The position numbers and the translations under genes are program-made. From Octopus sinensis (taxonomy: Eukaryota): DNA of 64,000 bases. Under the pieces are notes generated by a model that did not search any database, was not told where the DNA came from, and was given only the letters and a program-made list of their open reading frames with translations. Each line of letters begins with the position of its first letter. Position 1 is the stretch's first letter. The stretch is taken from positions 44,578,001-44,642,000 of the forward strand of contig NC_043009.1 in NCBI RefSeq assembly GCF_006345805.1. Direction: 5' to 3'. This document shows positions 28,183 through 41,295 of this stretch, one piece after another.

Positions 28183-31100
28183 GCAACTAGATCTCCCTCA
28201 ATCACAGTGTACTGGCTTAAATAAAGAACGATACAATGAACAGAATATCAAAATATCATTATCCAACAGATGGTTTCCCTAATGTTCTGGTGAAGGTGAG
28301 GAAAGTACCCATTTATAGTTGGTCCCAGTCCCCATCCACCCTGTCATAAGTTGAACACCTCTGATGATAGCTTTGTTCAATCAGAACTGACTTTGGGTGG
28401 AGTAAACAACATGTAGAACCCATCAACTGAGGACTTAAAACATTCTAAATGCCATAAATTAATGATAGATCCATTGGAAAGCTAAAACAAACTAGAATGT
28501 TGTTCACAAAAATACATTATATAAACTATAAAAACTCCAAATGATTTAATCTGGTATTTTACCTCTACTACTACTACTACTATTATCACCACCACCACCA
28601 CCTCCCAGGGCCATTTTAGCAGCATTAAAAACTCCTTTGCAAATCAGTGCACTGGGCCCTATAATATGTATTTATTGAAAGCTACAACATATATAGATTA
28701 AAATTCCCCCTAGACCTGTGAGGCTACTAGGCAACTACTCAGTATACTCATGCCTGGAGATAGCACTACTGCCACTACCCCATCTGCTACTACTTTTAGC
28801 AATAAATATTTTTTAGTCTGAAATATTAAAAGGTTTCTTGTTGACTGTCAACAACAATTATTTTTTTTTGCTCTGAAGAAATTTAATTTATTAATTAATT
28901 AAATAAAATCAAAGATAAATCAAAGTAAATTCAGTATCACAAAGGATGTTGTTCATCTTAATTCTTTTGAAACCAACCCACCCAAGGCTATCACCTCTGG
29001 CTTCATAGTACAATGCACTAATCTTTAAAGGTTTCATATGAGAATTAAAAAAGTTTTCTGTTATAATTTTATGTAAGAATTTTAATTTTAGTTTCATTAC
29101 AAATACTAACTTAATAATTGTTTCTGATAAAGATACAGGACCAGAAAGTTATGGGAGAGAGGGCTAGATGATCACCCTCCCTCCCACCCAGTATTTTTAC
29201 TGGTACTTTATTTTATTGACTGTGGGAGGATGAAAGGCATAAATGACATTCGCAACATTTGAACTCAGAACATAAAATGCCACAACTAAATGCTGCAAAT
29301 CATTTTGTCCAATACCCAAACAATTCTGCCAACCTATCACCCTGATGTAAAAGTAAATGATATTTAGTCTGATGATCTACTGACATGATGGCAATGTTTA
29401 ATAGTTCATTAAGCATTTAATTATTTTGAAAATTAAATTAAGCCATGGATAGTTTATGTTGTGAGAAATATGGCCACAAAAGGTTTAATCAAAATATGAC
29501 ATTGTAATTTCTTTCCTGTCATATTGTTGCTTTGTCCCAGGTGAGGTTTGATCAAGCAGACCTATGAACTATCAAAGACATTCCAGTTGTGACCATCTCA
29601 TCTTGTTTATATATCCAAGACTACACTGTCCAATGTATTATTACCTTTCATTCTTCTGGAGGTCTAACTTCATTTATAATATTTTTTAAGATGGTAAGGT
29701 ATGGTCTGAAAGATATATGGCTCCCTAGATTGGTAGTTAGCTCCAAGTTAGCCCAGATTGAACAGACCATGATAAAAGACATTCCAGTCCTTGTTTATTT
29801 ATGTTTGTTGGCTAACATAAAATATCTGGGATTACATTATCCAGTGAGTGAGAGCTTCTATGTGGTGACTCAATCTGCTTGACATAACAGCTAAATATCT
29901 CTCACCTCTCATCCTGCCATGATTTTCTTGTAGATGTTAATACATAGATGTTTAAACTGGGCATTAACCTTATTGATGTCCCCAGTTCAGGAGGACCAAC
30001 ATTTAAAGATGCAACCCTTTCTCTCTAGACTCACCACTAGAAAAATTACTTTCTAAGACATTAAAAGACATTCGATTTTAGTTGCCTTTCTTTTATATTT
30101 TTGTTTAACTGTAGAAGAAAATGGAATGTTCTTAGCTTTTGAAGAACTTTATAGACTGAAATAAAACTGAGTGTGATTGTTGTAACTATGTGAAAATTGA
30201 ACTTTTGGTTTGGGCAAGGTGAGAGAGAGTTCCAGAGAAGTTCAAGATGGAAGAAAGTGGGATTAAGTAAAAATGTTGGCATGAAAGATAGTCAAGAAGA
30301 TGTCAGACACAGTGATATAAATTTATTCTTTGGTGGCATTGCGCTAATTATTATTATGATTATTATCAATATTATTATCATTAATGATTGACAAATGATC
30401 AAAATAAAATATTTTAAAATTTTTTCCAAGAATTATAATGCAATGTCCCAGAATGACCATAGCTGTGATGACTTAACTGACAAAATGAACAAAGATTACA
30501 TAATAATTTTGCTATTTACTTACTGCAAAATTTTTTTTTTTCTTTTTGATCTTTTTATTTTTCATTCCTGACAATTTGGGATATCCTTTGAAAAATAAAA
30601 GATTAAAATCATGGCAAAAATATTTCCAAACTATTTATTTTTAATTTTTTGCAATTCTGAAGAAGAAAATTATTTTGCATGGATTGTGGTTATATTGCAA
30701 CAGGCAAAGACAAAATAAAAAAAAAACTGTCCAAGAAAAAAAATCTGTCCTCATTAGCTTCAAAACATACTGAAAAATTATTTTTAAAATCAACTGCTTT
30801 TTCATTATCAGTTTTTTTCTAAATAAATAAAAATATTAATCTTACAATGCTTTTGTTTTAAATATTTATTTTTAAAATGTTCTCATGTCTTCAACGTTTT
30901 GTTTCTTACTTTCACTAAATAAATGGTAAATCAAGGACTTTTAGCTGCCATAAGTCACAATCAAAACCTTGTTCCATCTATGACACCACCACACTCACGT
31001 TCACTCATATCTCAACACTGATGAAATGTTGGTATTTAGAAAATGTGCTGAAAATTATGAACGAAATTTGAGCTTTATGCATGTGTTTTTTGTTTTATTT

Positions 31101-31209
31101 TTCCAGTTTCACTGGTTTCCTCATATTGTAGGAGAGAGAGAGAGGAGAAATGTTATTAACATACTGATATTTGAACTCTAAAAAAAAAAGAACAATTTTA
31201 ACTCCAGTA
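28183..31209 (+). repeat. Segmental duplication copy A (~3.03 kb), left flank of the satellite
   Basis: Starts 'gcaactagatctccctcaatc' (also at 41294) and ends 'aactccagta' (also at 45736-45745). Collinear with copy B throughout. Confidence 0.95.
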
Positions 31210-34200
31210 TGAACGTGTGAGTGCGCATACGCGTACATGTGCGTGCGCATGCGCGAACGTGTGAGTGCGCATGCGCAAACGTATGCTTACGTATGCGCGA
31301 ACGTTTGCTTGGGCATGCGCGAAAGTGTGCGTGCAAACGCGCGAACGTATTACTACGCATGCGCTAACGCGTGACTGCGCATTCGCGAAAGTGTGACAGT
31401 GCAGACCTTCGCGCATGCGCATTCAGACCATCGCGCATGCGCAGTCAGACATTCGCGCATGCGCAGTCACACGCTCGCGCATGCGCAGTCACACCATCGC
31501 GCATGCGCAGTCACACGTTTGCGCATGCGCAGTCACACATTCGCGCATGCGCAGTCACACTCTCGCGCATGCGCAGTCAGACCTTCGCGCATGCGTAGTC
31601 AGACCTTCGCGCATGCGCAGTCAGACCTTGGCGCATGCGCAGTCAGACCTTCGCGCATGCGCAGTCAGACCTTCGCGCATGCGCAGTCAGACCATCGCGC
31701 ATGCGCAGTCACACTCTCGCGCAAATCTTTCGAAAATTTTCACCCAAAAATTTTCACACTTTCGCGCATGCGCAGTCACACTTTCGCGCATGCGCAGTCA
31801 AACATTCGCGCATGCGCAGTCAGACCTTCACGCATGCGCAGTCAGACCTTCGCGCATGCGCAGTCAGACCTTCGCGCATGCGCAGTCAGACCTTCGCGCA
31901 TGCGCAGTCACACGTTTGCGCATGCGCAGTCACACATTCGCGCATGCGCAGTCACACTCTCGCGCATGCGCAGTCAGACATTCGCGCATGCGCAGTCACA
32001 TTTTTACGCATGCGCAGTCACACATTCGCGCATGCGCAGTCACAGTCGCGCATGCGCAGTCAGATCTTCGCGCATGCGCAGTCACATTTTCACGCATGCG
32101 CAGTCAAACATTCGCGCATGCGCAGTCACACTTTTGCGCATGCGCGAGAGTGTGAGTGCGCATGCGTAAAAATGTGACTGCGCATGCGCAGTCACACTCA
32201 CGCGCATGCGCAGTCAGATCCTCGCGCATGCGCAGTCACATTTTCACGCATGCGCAGTCAAACATTCGCGCATGCGCAGTCACACTTTTGCGCATGCGCA
32301 GTCACAATTTCGCGCATGCGCAGTCAGACCTTGGCGCATGCGCACGCAGAAGGTCTGACTGCGCATGCGCGAGAGTGTGACTGCGCAGGCGCGAATGTGT
32401 GACTGCGCATGCGCAAACGTGTGACTGCGCATGCGCGAGCGTGTGACTGCGCATGCGCGAAGGTCTGACTGCGCATGCGCGATGGTCTGACTGCGCATGC
32501 GCGAAGGTCTGACTGCGCATGCGCGAATGTTTGGCTGCGCATGCGCGAAGGTCTGACTGCGCATGCGCAAAATTGTGACTGCGCATGCGCGAATGTTTGA
32601 CTGCGCATGCGCGAATGTCTGCGTGCGCATGCGCCGAGGTCTGACTGCGCATGCGCGAAATTGTGACTGCGCATGCGCAAAATTGTGACTGCGCATGCGC
32701 GAATGTTTGATTGCGCATGCGCGAGAATGTGACTGCGCATGCGCGAAGGTCTGACTGCGCATGCGCGAAGGTCTGACTGCGCATGCGCGAAGGTCTGACT
32801 GCGCATGCGCGAATGTTTGACTGCGCATGCGCGAAAGTGTGACTGCGCATGCGCGAAAGTGTGAAAATTTTTGGGTGAAAATTTTCGAAAAATTTCCGGG
32901 GAAAATTTTTGGGGAAAATTTTCAATGAAAATTTTCGAAAAATTTTCGGGCAAATTTTCGAAAAATTTTTTGAAAAAATTTTCGTCAAAATTTTCCAAAT
33001 ATTTTTCTGCAATATTTTCGGTGAAAATTTTTCAAAAAATTTTTGGAGAAAACTTTCGGTGAAACTTTTCGAAAGATTTTCCGGACAAAATTTTGGGGAT
33101 AATTTTCAATGAAAATTTTCGAAAACTTTTTGTGAAAAATATTCGTTCAAAATTTTCCAAATATTTTCCTGCAATATTTTCGGTCAAAATTTTACAAAAA
33201 TTTTTGCGGAAAATTTTTCAAAAAATTTTCGGTGAGCGTGTGCGTGCGCATGCGCGAAAATGTGACTGCGCACCCGCGAATGTGTCACTGCGCATGCGCG
33301 AAAGTGTGATTGCGCATGCGCGAGAGTGTGACTGCGCATGCGCGAGAGTGTGACTGCGCATGCGCGAATTTGTGACTGCGCATGCGCAAACGTGTGATTG
33401 AGCGTGCGCGATGTTGTGACTGCGCATGCGCGAATGTTTGACTGCGCATGCGTAAAAATGTGACTGCGCATGCGCGAAAGTGTGACTGCGCATGCGCGAA
33501 AATGTGACTGCGCACGCGCGAAAATGTGACAGCGCATGCGCGAGGGTGTGACTGCGCATGCGCGAATGTGTGACGATGCATGCGCGAATGTGTCACTGCG
33601 CATGCGCGAGATTGTGACTGCGCATGCGCGAATGTGTGACTACGCATGCGCGAAGATCTGACTGCGCATGCGCGAAAGTTTGATTGCGCCTGCGCATGCG
33701 CGAAAGTGTGAAAATTGTCGAAAAATTTTCGTGGAAATTTTTGGGGAAAATTTTCAATGAAAATTTTCGAAAAATTTCGGGCAAAATTTTCCAAAAATTT
33801 TAGTGAAAAGTTTTCGGTCAAAATTTTCCAAATATTTTTCTGCAATATTTTCGGTGAAAATTTACCAAAAATTTTTGAGGAAAATTTTTTGGGATAATTT
33901 TCAATGAAAATTTTCGAAAAATTTTCGCTCAAAATTTTCCAAATATTTTTCTGCAATATTTTGGTGAAAATTTTCAACAAATTTTTGGAGAAAACTTTCG
34001 GTGAAAATTTTCGAAAAATTTTCCGGACAAAGTTTTGGGGATAATTTTCAATGAAAATTTTCGAAAAATTTTTGTGAAAAATTTTCGAAAAATTTTTGTG
34101 AAAAATATTCGTTCAAAATTTTCCAAATATTTTCCTGCAATATTTTCGGTGAAAATTTTACAAAAATTTTGGGGAAAATTTTTCAAAAAAATTTTCGGTG

Positions 34201-37200
34201 AGCGTGTGCATGCGTATGCGCGAAAATGTGACTACGCACGCGCGACTGTGTCACTGCGCATGCGCGAAATTGTGACTGCGCATGCGGCAAGGTCTGACTG
34301 CGCATGCGCGAGAGGGTGACTGCGCATGCGCGAGAGGGTGACGGCGCATGCGCGAATTTGTGACTGCGCATGCGCAAACGTGTGATTGCGCATGCGCGAA
34401 TTTGTAACTGCGCATGCGCGAAGGTCTGACTGCGCATGCGCGAATGTTTGGCTGCGCATGCGCGAAGGTCTGACTGCGCATGCGCGAATGTTTGACTGCG
34501 CATGCGCGAAAGTGTGACTGCGCATGCGCGAAAGTGTGAAAATTTTTGGGTGAAAATTTTCGAAAAATTTCCGGGGAAAATTTTTGGGGAAAATTTTCAA
34601 TGAAAATTTTCGAAAAATTTTCGGGCAAAATTTTCCAAAAATTTTAGTGAAAAGTTTTCGGTCAAAATTTTCCAAATATTTTTCTGCAATATTTTCGGTG
34701 AAAATTCAAAAAATTTTTGGAGAAAACTTCGGTGAAAATTTTCGAAAAATTTTCCAGACAAAATTTTGGGGATAATTTTCAATGAAAATTTTCGAAAAAT
34801 TTTTGTGATGTTGTAAAAAATATTCGTTCAAAATTTTCCAATATTTTCCTGCAATATTTTCGGTGAAAATTTTACAAAAATTTAGGGAAAATTTTTCAAA
34901 AAAATTTTCGGTGAGCGTCGTGTTGCGTGCGCATGCGCGAAAATGTGACTGCGCAGCGCAGAATGTGTCACTGCGCATGCGCAAAAGTGTGACTGCGCAT
35001 GCGCGAATGTCTGCGTGGGCATGCGCCAAGGTCTGACTGCGCATGCGCGAAATTGTGACTGCGCATGCGCAAAAGTGTGACTGCGCATGCGCGAATGTTT
35101 GACTGCGCATGCGTGAAAATGTGACTGCGCATGCGCGAAGATCTGACTGCGCATGCGCGAGTGTGACTGCGCATGCGCGAATGTGTGACTGCGCATGCGC
35201 GATGGTGTGACTGCGCATGCGCGAGAGTGTGACTGCGCATGCGCGAAGGTCTGACTGCGCATGCGCGAAGGTCTGACTGCGCATGCGCGAATGTTTGACT
35301 GCGCATGCGCGAATGTCTGCGTGCGCATGCGCCGAGGTCTGACTGCGCATGCGCGAAATTGTGACTGCGCATGCGCAAAATTGTGACAGCGCATGCGCGA
35401 ATGTTTGACTGCGCATGCGTAAAAATGTGACTGCGCATGCGCGAAGGTCTGACTGCGCATGCGCGAGAGTGTGACTGCGCATGCGCGAATGTGTGACTGC
35501 GCATGCGCAAACGTGTGACTGCGCATGCGCGATGGTGTGACTGCGCATGCGCGAGAGTGTGACTGCGCATGCGCGATGGTCTGACTGCGCATGCGCGAAG
35601 GTCTGACTGCGCATGCGCCAAGGTCTGACTGCGCATGCGCGAAGGTCTGACTACGCATGCGCGAAGGTCTGACTGCGCATGCGCGAATGTGACTGCGCAT
35701 GCGCGAACGTGTGACTGCGCACGCGCGAAAGTGTGAAAATTTTGGGGGAAAATTTTCAATGGAAATTTTCGAAAAATTTCGGGCAAAATTTTCCAAAAAT
35801 TTTAGTGAAAAGTTTTCGGTCAAAATTTTACAAATATTTTTCTGCAATATTTTCGGTGAAAATTTACCGAAAATTTTTGAGGAAAATTTTTGGGGATAAT
35901 TTTGAAAATTTTCGGTGAGCGTGTGCGTGCGCATGCGCGAAAATGTGACTGCGCACGCGCGAATGTGTCACAGCGCATGCGCGAAAGTGTGACTGCGCAT
36001 GCGCGAAATCTGCGCGTGCGCATGTGCCAAGGTCTGACTGCGCATGCGCGAAATGTGGATGCGCATGCGCAAAAGTGTGACTGCGCATGCGCGAATGTTT
36101 CACTGCGCATGCGTTGTGAAATGTGACTGCGCATGCGCGAAGATCTGACTGCCACATGCGCGAGGAGTGTGACTGCGCATGCGCGAAGAATGTGTGGCTG
36201 CGCATGCGCAAACGTGTGACTGCGCATGCGCGATGGTGTGACTTCTGCGCATGCGCGAAGGTCTGACTGCGCATGCGCGAATGTCTGGCTGCGCATGCGC
36301 GAATGTTTGACTGCGCATGCGCGAATGTCTGCGTGCGCATGCGCCAAGGTCTGACTGCGCATGCGCGAAATTGTGACTGCGCATGCGCGAAATTGTGACT
36401 GCGCATGCGCGAATGTTTGATTGCGCATGCGTAAATATGTGACTGCGCATGCGCGAAGGTCTGACTGCGCATGCGCGAGAGTGTGACTGCGCATGCGCGA
36501 ATGTGTGACTGCGCATGCGCAAACGTGTGACTGCGCATGCGCGATGGTGTGACTGCGCATGCGCGAGCGTGTGACTGCGCATGCGCGAAGGTCTGACTGC
36601 GCATGCGCGATGGTCTGACTGCGCATGCGCGAAGGTCTGACTGCGCATGCGCGAATGTTTGGCTGCGCATGCGCGAAGGTCTGACTGCGCATGCGCAAAA
36701 TTGTGACTGCGCATGCGCGAATGTTTGACTGCGCATGCGCGAATGTCTGCGTGCGCATGCGCCGAGGTTGACTGCGCATGCGCGAATTGTGACTGCGCAT
36801 GCGCAAAATTGTGACTGCGCATGCGCGAATGTTTGATTGCGCATGCGCGAGAGTGTGACTGCGCATGCGCGAAGGTCTGACTGCGCATGCGCGAAGGTCT
36901 GACTGCGCATGCGCGAATGTGACTGCGCATGCGCGAACGTGTGACTGCGCACGCGCTAAAGTGTGAAAATTTTTGGGGAAAATTTTCAATGGAAATTTTC
37001 CAAAAAATTTCGGGCAAAATTTTCCAAAAATTTTAGTGAAAAGTTTTCGGTCAAAATTTTACAAATATTTTTCTGCAATATTTTCGGTGAAAATTTACCG
37101 AAAATTTTTGAGGAAAATTTTTGGGGATAATTTTGAAAATTTTCGGTGAGCGTGTGCGTGCGCATGCGCGGAAAATGTGACTGCGCACGCGCGAATGTGT

Positions 37201-40200
37201 CACAGCGCATGCGCGAAAGTGTGACTGCGCATGCGCGAAATTGTGATTGCGCATGCGCGAATGTTTGATTGCGCATGCGTAAAAATGTGACTGCGCATGC
37301 GCGAAGGTCTGACTGCGCATGCGCGAGAGTGTGACTGCGCATTCGCGAATGTGTGACTGCGCATGCGCAAACGTGTGACTGCGCATGCGCGAGCGTGTGA
37401 CTGCGCATGCGCGAAGGTCTGACCGCGCATGCGCGATGGTCTGACTGCGCATGCGCGAAGGTCTGACTGCGCAGGCGCGAATGTTGGTGCGCATGCGCGA
37501 AGGTCTGACTGCGCATGCGCAAAATTGTGACTGCGCATGCGCGAATGATTCACTGCGCATGCGCGAATGTCGTGCGTGCGCATGCGCCAAGGTCTGACTG
37601 CGCATGCGCGAAATTGTGACTGCGCATGCGCAAAATTGTGACTGCGCATGCGCGAATGTTTGATTGCGCATGCGCGAGAATGTGACTGCGCATGCGCGAA
37701 GGTCTGGCTGCGCATGCGCGAATGTTTGACTGCGCATGTGCAAATATCTGCGTGCGCATGCGCGAAGGTCTGACTGCGCATGCGCGAAGGTCTGACTGCG
37801 CATGCGCGAATGTTTGACTGCGCATGCGCGAAAGTGTGTGACTGCGCATGCGCGAAAGTGTGAAAATTTTGGGTGAAAATTTTCGAAAAATTTCCGGGGA
37901 ATTTTTGGGGAAAATTTTCAATGAAAATTTTCGAAAAATTTTCGGGCAAAATTTTCCAAAAATTTTAGTGAAAATTTTAGGTCAAAATTTTCCAAATATT
38001 TTTCTGCAATATTTTCGGTGAAAATTTTCAAAAAATTTTTGGAGAAAACTTTCGGTGAAAATTTTCGAAAAATTTTCCAGACAAAATTTTGGGGATAATT
38101 TTCAATGAAAATTTTCGAAAAATTTTTGTGAAAAATATTCGTTCAAAATTTTCCCAAAATATTTTCCTGCAATATTTTCGGTGAAAATTTAACAAAATTT
38201 TAGGGAAAATTTTTCAAAAAAATTTTCGGTGAGCGTGTGCGTGCGCATTGCGCGAAAATGTGACTGCGCACGCGCGGAATGTGTCACTGCGCATGCGCAA
38301 AAGTGGGACTGCGCATGCGCGAATGTCTGCGTGGGCATGCGCCAAGTGTCTGACTGGCTGCGCGCGAAAATGTGACTGCGCATGCGCAAAAGTGTGACTG
38401 CGCATGCGCAAAAGTGTGACTGCGCATGCGCGAATATTTGACTGCGCATGCGTGAAAATGTGACTGCGCTTGCGCGAAGATCTGACTGCGCATGCGCGAG
38501 TGTGACTGCGCATGCGCGAATGTGTGACTGCGCATGCGCAAACGTGGGACTGCGCATGCGCGATGATGTGACTGCGCATGCGCGAGAGTGTGACTGCGCA
38601 TGCGCGAAGGTCTGACTGCGCATGCGCGAAGGTCTGACTGCGCATGCGCGAATGTTTGACTGCGCATGCGCGAATATCTGCGTGCGCATGCCCGAGGTCT
38701 GACTGTGCATGCGCGAAATTGTGACTGCGCATGCGCAAAATTGTGACAGCGCATGCGCGAATGTTTGACTGCGCATGCGTAAAAATGTGACTGCGCATGC
38801 GCAAACGTGTGACTGCGCATGCGCGATGGTGTGACTGCGCATGCGCGAAGGTCTGACTGCGCATGCGCGAATGTCTGGCTGCGCATGCGCGAATGTTTGA
38901 CTGCGCATGCGCGAATGTCTGCGTGCGCATGCGCCAAGGTCTGACTGCGCATGCGCGAAATTGTGACTGCGCATGCGCAAAATTGTGACTGCGCATGCGC
39001 GAATGTTTGATTGCGCATGCGCGAAAATGTGACTGCGCATGCGCGAAGGTCTGACTGCGCATGCGCGAAGGTCTGACTGCGCATGCGCGAAGGTCTGACT
39101 GCGCGTGCGCGAAGGTCTGACTGCGCATGCGCGAATGTTTGACTGCGCATGCGCGAAAGTGTGACTGCGCATGCGCGAAAGTGTGAAAATTTTTGGGTGA
39201 AAATTTTCGAAAAATTTCCGGGGAAAATTTTTGGGGAAAATTTTCAATGAAAATTTTCGAAAAATTTTCGGGCAAAATTTTCCAAAAATTTTAGTGAAAA
39301 GTTTTCGGTCAAAATTTTCCAAATATTTTTCTGCAATATTTTCGGTGAAAATTTTCAAAAAATTTTTGGAGAAAACTTTCGGTGAAAATTTTCGAAAAAT
39401 TTTCCAGACAAAATTTTGGGGATAATTTTCAATGAAAATTTTCGAAAAATTTTTGTGAAAAATATTCGTTCAAAATTTTCCAAATATTTTCCTGCAATAT
39501 TTTCGGTGAAAATTTTACAAAAATTTTAGGGAAAATTTTTCAAAAAAATTTTCGGTGAGCGTGTGCGTGCGCATGCGCGAAAATGTGAATGCGCACGCGC
39601 GAATGTGTCACTGCGCATGCGCAAAAGTGTGACTGCGCATGCGCGAATGTCTGCGTGGGCATGCGCCAAGGTCTGACTGCGCATGCGCGAAATTGTGACT
39701 GCGCATGCGCAAAAGTGTGACTGCGCATGCGCGAATATTTGACTGCGCATGCGTGAAAATGTGACTGCGCATGCGCGAAGATCTGACTGCGCATGCGCGA
39801 GTGTGACTGCGCATGCGCGAATGTGTGACTGCGCATGCGCAAACGTGTGACTGCGCATGCGCGATGATGTGACTGCGCATGCGCGAGAGTGTGACTGCGC
39901 ATGCGCGAAGGTCTGACTGCGCATGCGCGAAATTGTGACAGCGCATGCGCAAAATTGTGACTGCGCATGCGCGAATGTTTGACTGCGCATGCGCGAATGT
40001 TTGACTGCGCATGCGCGAATGTCTGCGTGCGCATGCGCCAAGGTCTGACTGCGCATGCGCGAGAGTGTGACTGCGCATGCGCGAATGTGTGACTGCGCAT
40101 GCGCAAACGTGTGACTGCGCATGCGTGATGGTGTGACTGCGCATGCGCGAAGGTCTGACTGCGCATGCGCGAATGTTTGGCTGCGCATGCGCGAAGGTCT

Positions 40201-41295
40201 GACTGCGCATGCGCGAATGTGACTGCGCACGCGCGAAAGTGTGAAAATTTTTGGGGAAAATTTTTAATGGAAACTTTCGAAAAATTTCGGGCAAAATTTT
40301 CCAAAAATTTTAGTGAAAAGTTTTCGGTCAAAATTTTACAAATATTTTTCTGCAATATTTTCGGTGAAAATTTACCGAAAATTTTTGAGGAAAATTTTTG
40401 GGGATAATTTTGAAAATTTTCGGTGAGCGTGTGCGTGCGCATGCGCGAAAATGTGACTGCGCACGCGCGAATGTGTCACAGCGCATGCGCGAAAGTGTGA
40501 CTGCGCATGCGCGAATGTCTGCGTGCGCATGCGCCAAGGTCTGACTGCGCATGCGCGAAATTGTGACTGCGCACGCGCAGAAGTGTGACTGCGCATGCGC
40601 GAATGTTTGGCTGCGCATGCGCGAATGTTTGGCTGCGCATGCGCGAAGGTCTGACTGCGCATGCGCAAAATTGTTACTGCGCATGCGCGAATGTTTGACT
40701 GCGCAAGCGCGAATGTCTGCGTGCGCATGCGCCGAGGTCTGACTGCGCATGCGCGAAATTGTGACTGCGCATGCGCAAAAGTGTGACTGCGCATGCGCGA
40801 ATGTTTGATTGCGCATGCGCGAATGTGTGACTACGCATGCGCGAAAGAGTGATTGCGCATGCGCGAACATGTGACTGCGCATGCGCGAACCTGTGACTGC
40901 GCATGTGCGAATGTTTGACTGCGCATGCGCGAACATGTGACTGCGCATGCGCGAAAGTGTGACTGCGAAAGTGTGAAAATTTTCGAAAAATTTTTGTGAA
41001 AAATTTTCGATGAAAATTTTCGAAATATTTTTGGGGTAAATTTTTGGTGAATATTTTCGGTGAACGTGTGCGTGCGCATGCGCGAACGTGTTACTGCGCA
41101 CGCGCGAACGTGTGACTGCGCATGCGCGAACGTGTGACTGCGCATGCGCGAAAATGCGACTGCACATGCACGAATATGTGACTGCGCATGAGCGAAGGTC
41201 TGACTGCTCTTGCCTAAAATTGTGACTGCGCATGCACGAAAGTGTGACTGCGCATGCGTGATAGTGTGACTGCGCATGCTCGAATGTGTGACTGC
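31210..41295. repeat. Higher-order satellite array: ~21-22 bp GTGACTGCGCATGCGCGAA-type monomers alternating with ~90-490 bp AAAATTTT-rich blocks
   Basis: Direct reading of the sequence. Nine main AT blocks at ~32862, 33710, 34538, 35733, 36965, 37862, 39185, 40243 and 40975, plus a stub at ~31723. All AHAQS/RMRS/ACAV ORFs derive from it. Confidence 0.97.

Noticed and set aside
31371-41277. Many 120-389 aa ORFs (AHAQS/RMRS/ACAV and KIF/ENF repeats) on both strands
   Set aside because: All frames are open because the monomers lack stops; there are no domains or splice signals and indels shift frames freely.
31210-41295. Possible CRISPR array or functional centromere
   Set aside because: Eukaryotic context, no unique spacers or cas genes. 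A centromere role cannot be supported from a ~10 kb array between two genes without CENP-A data.
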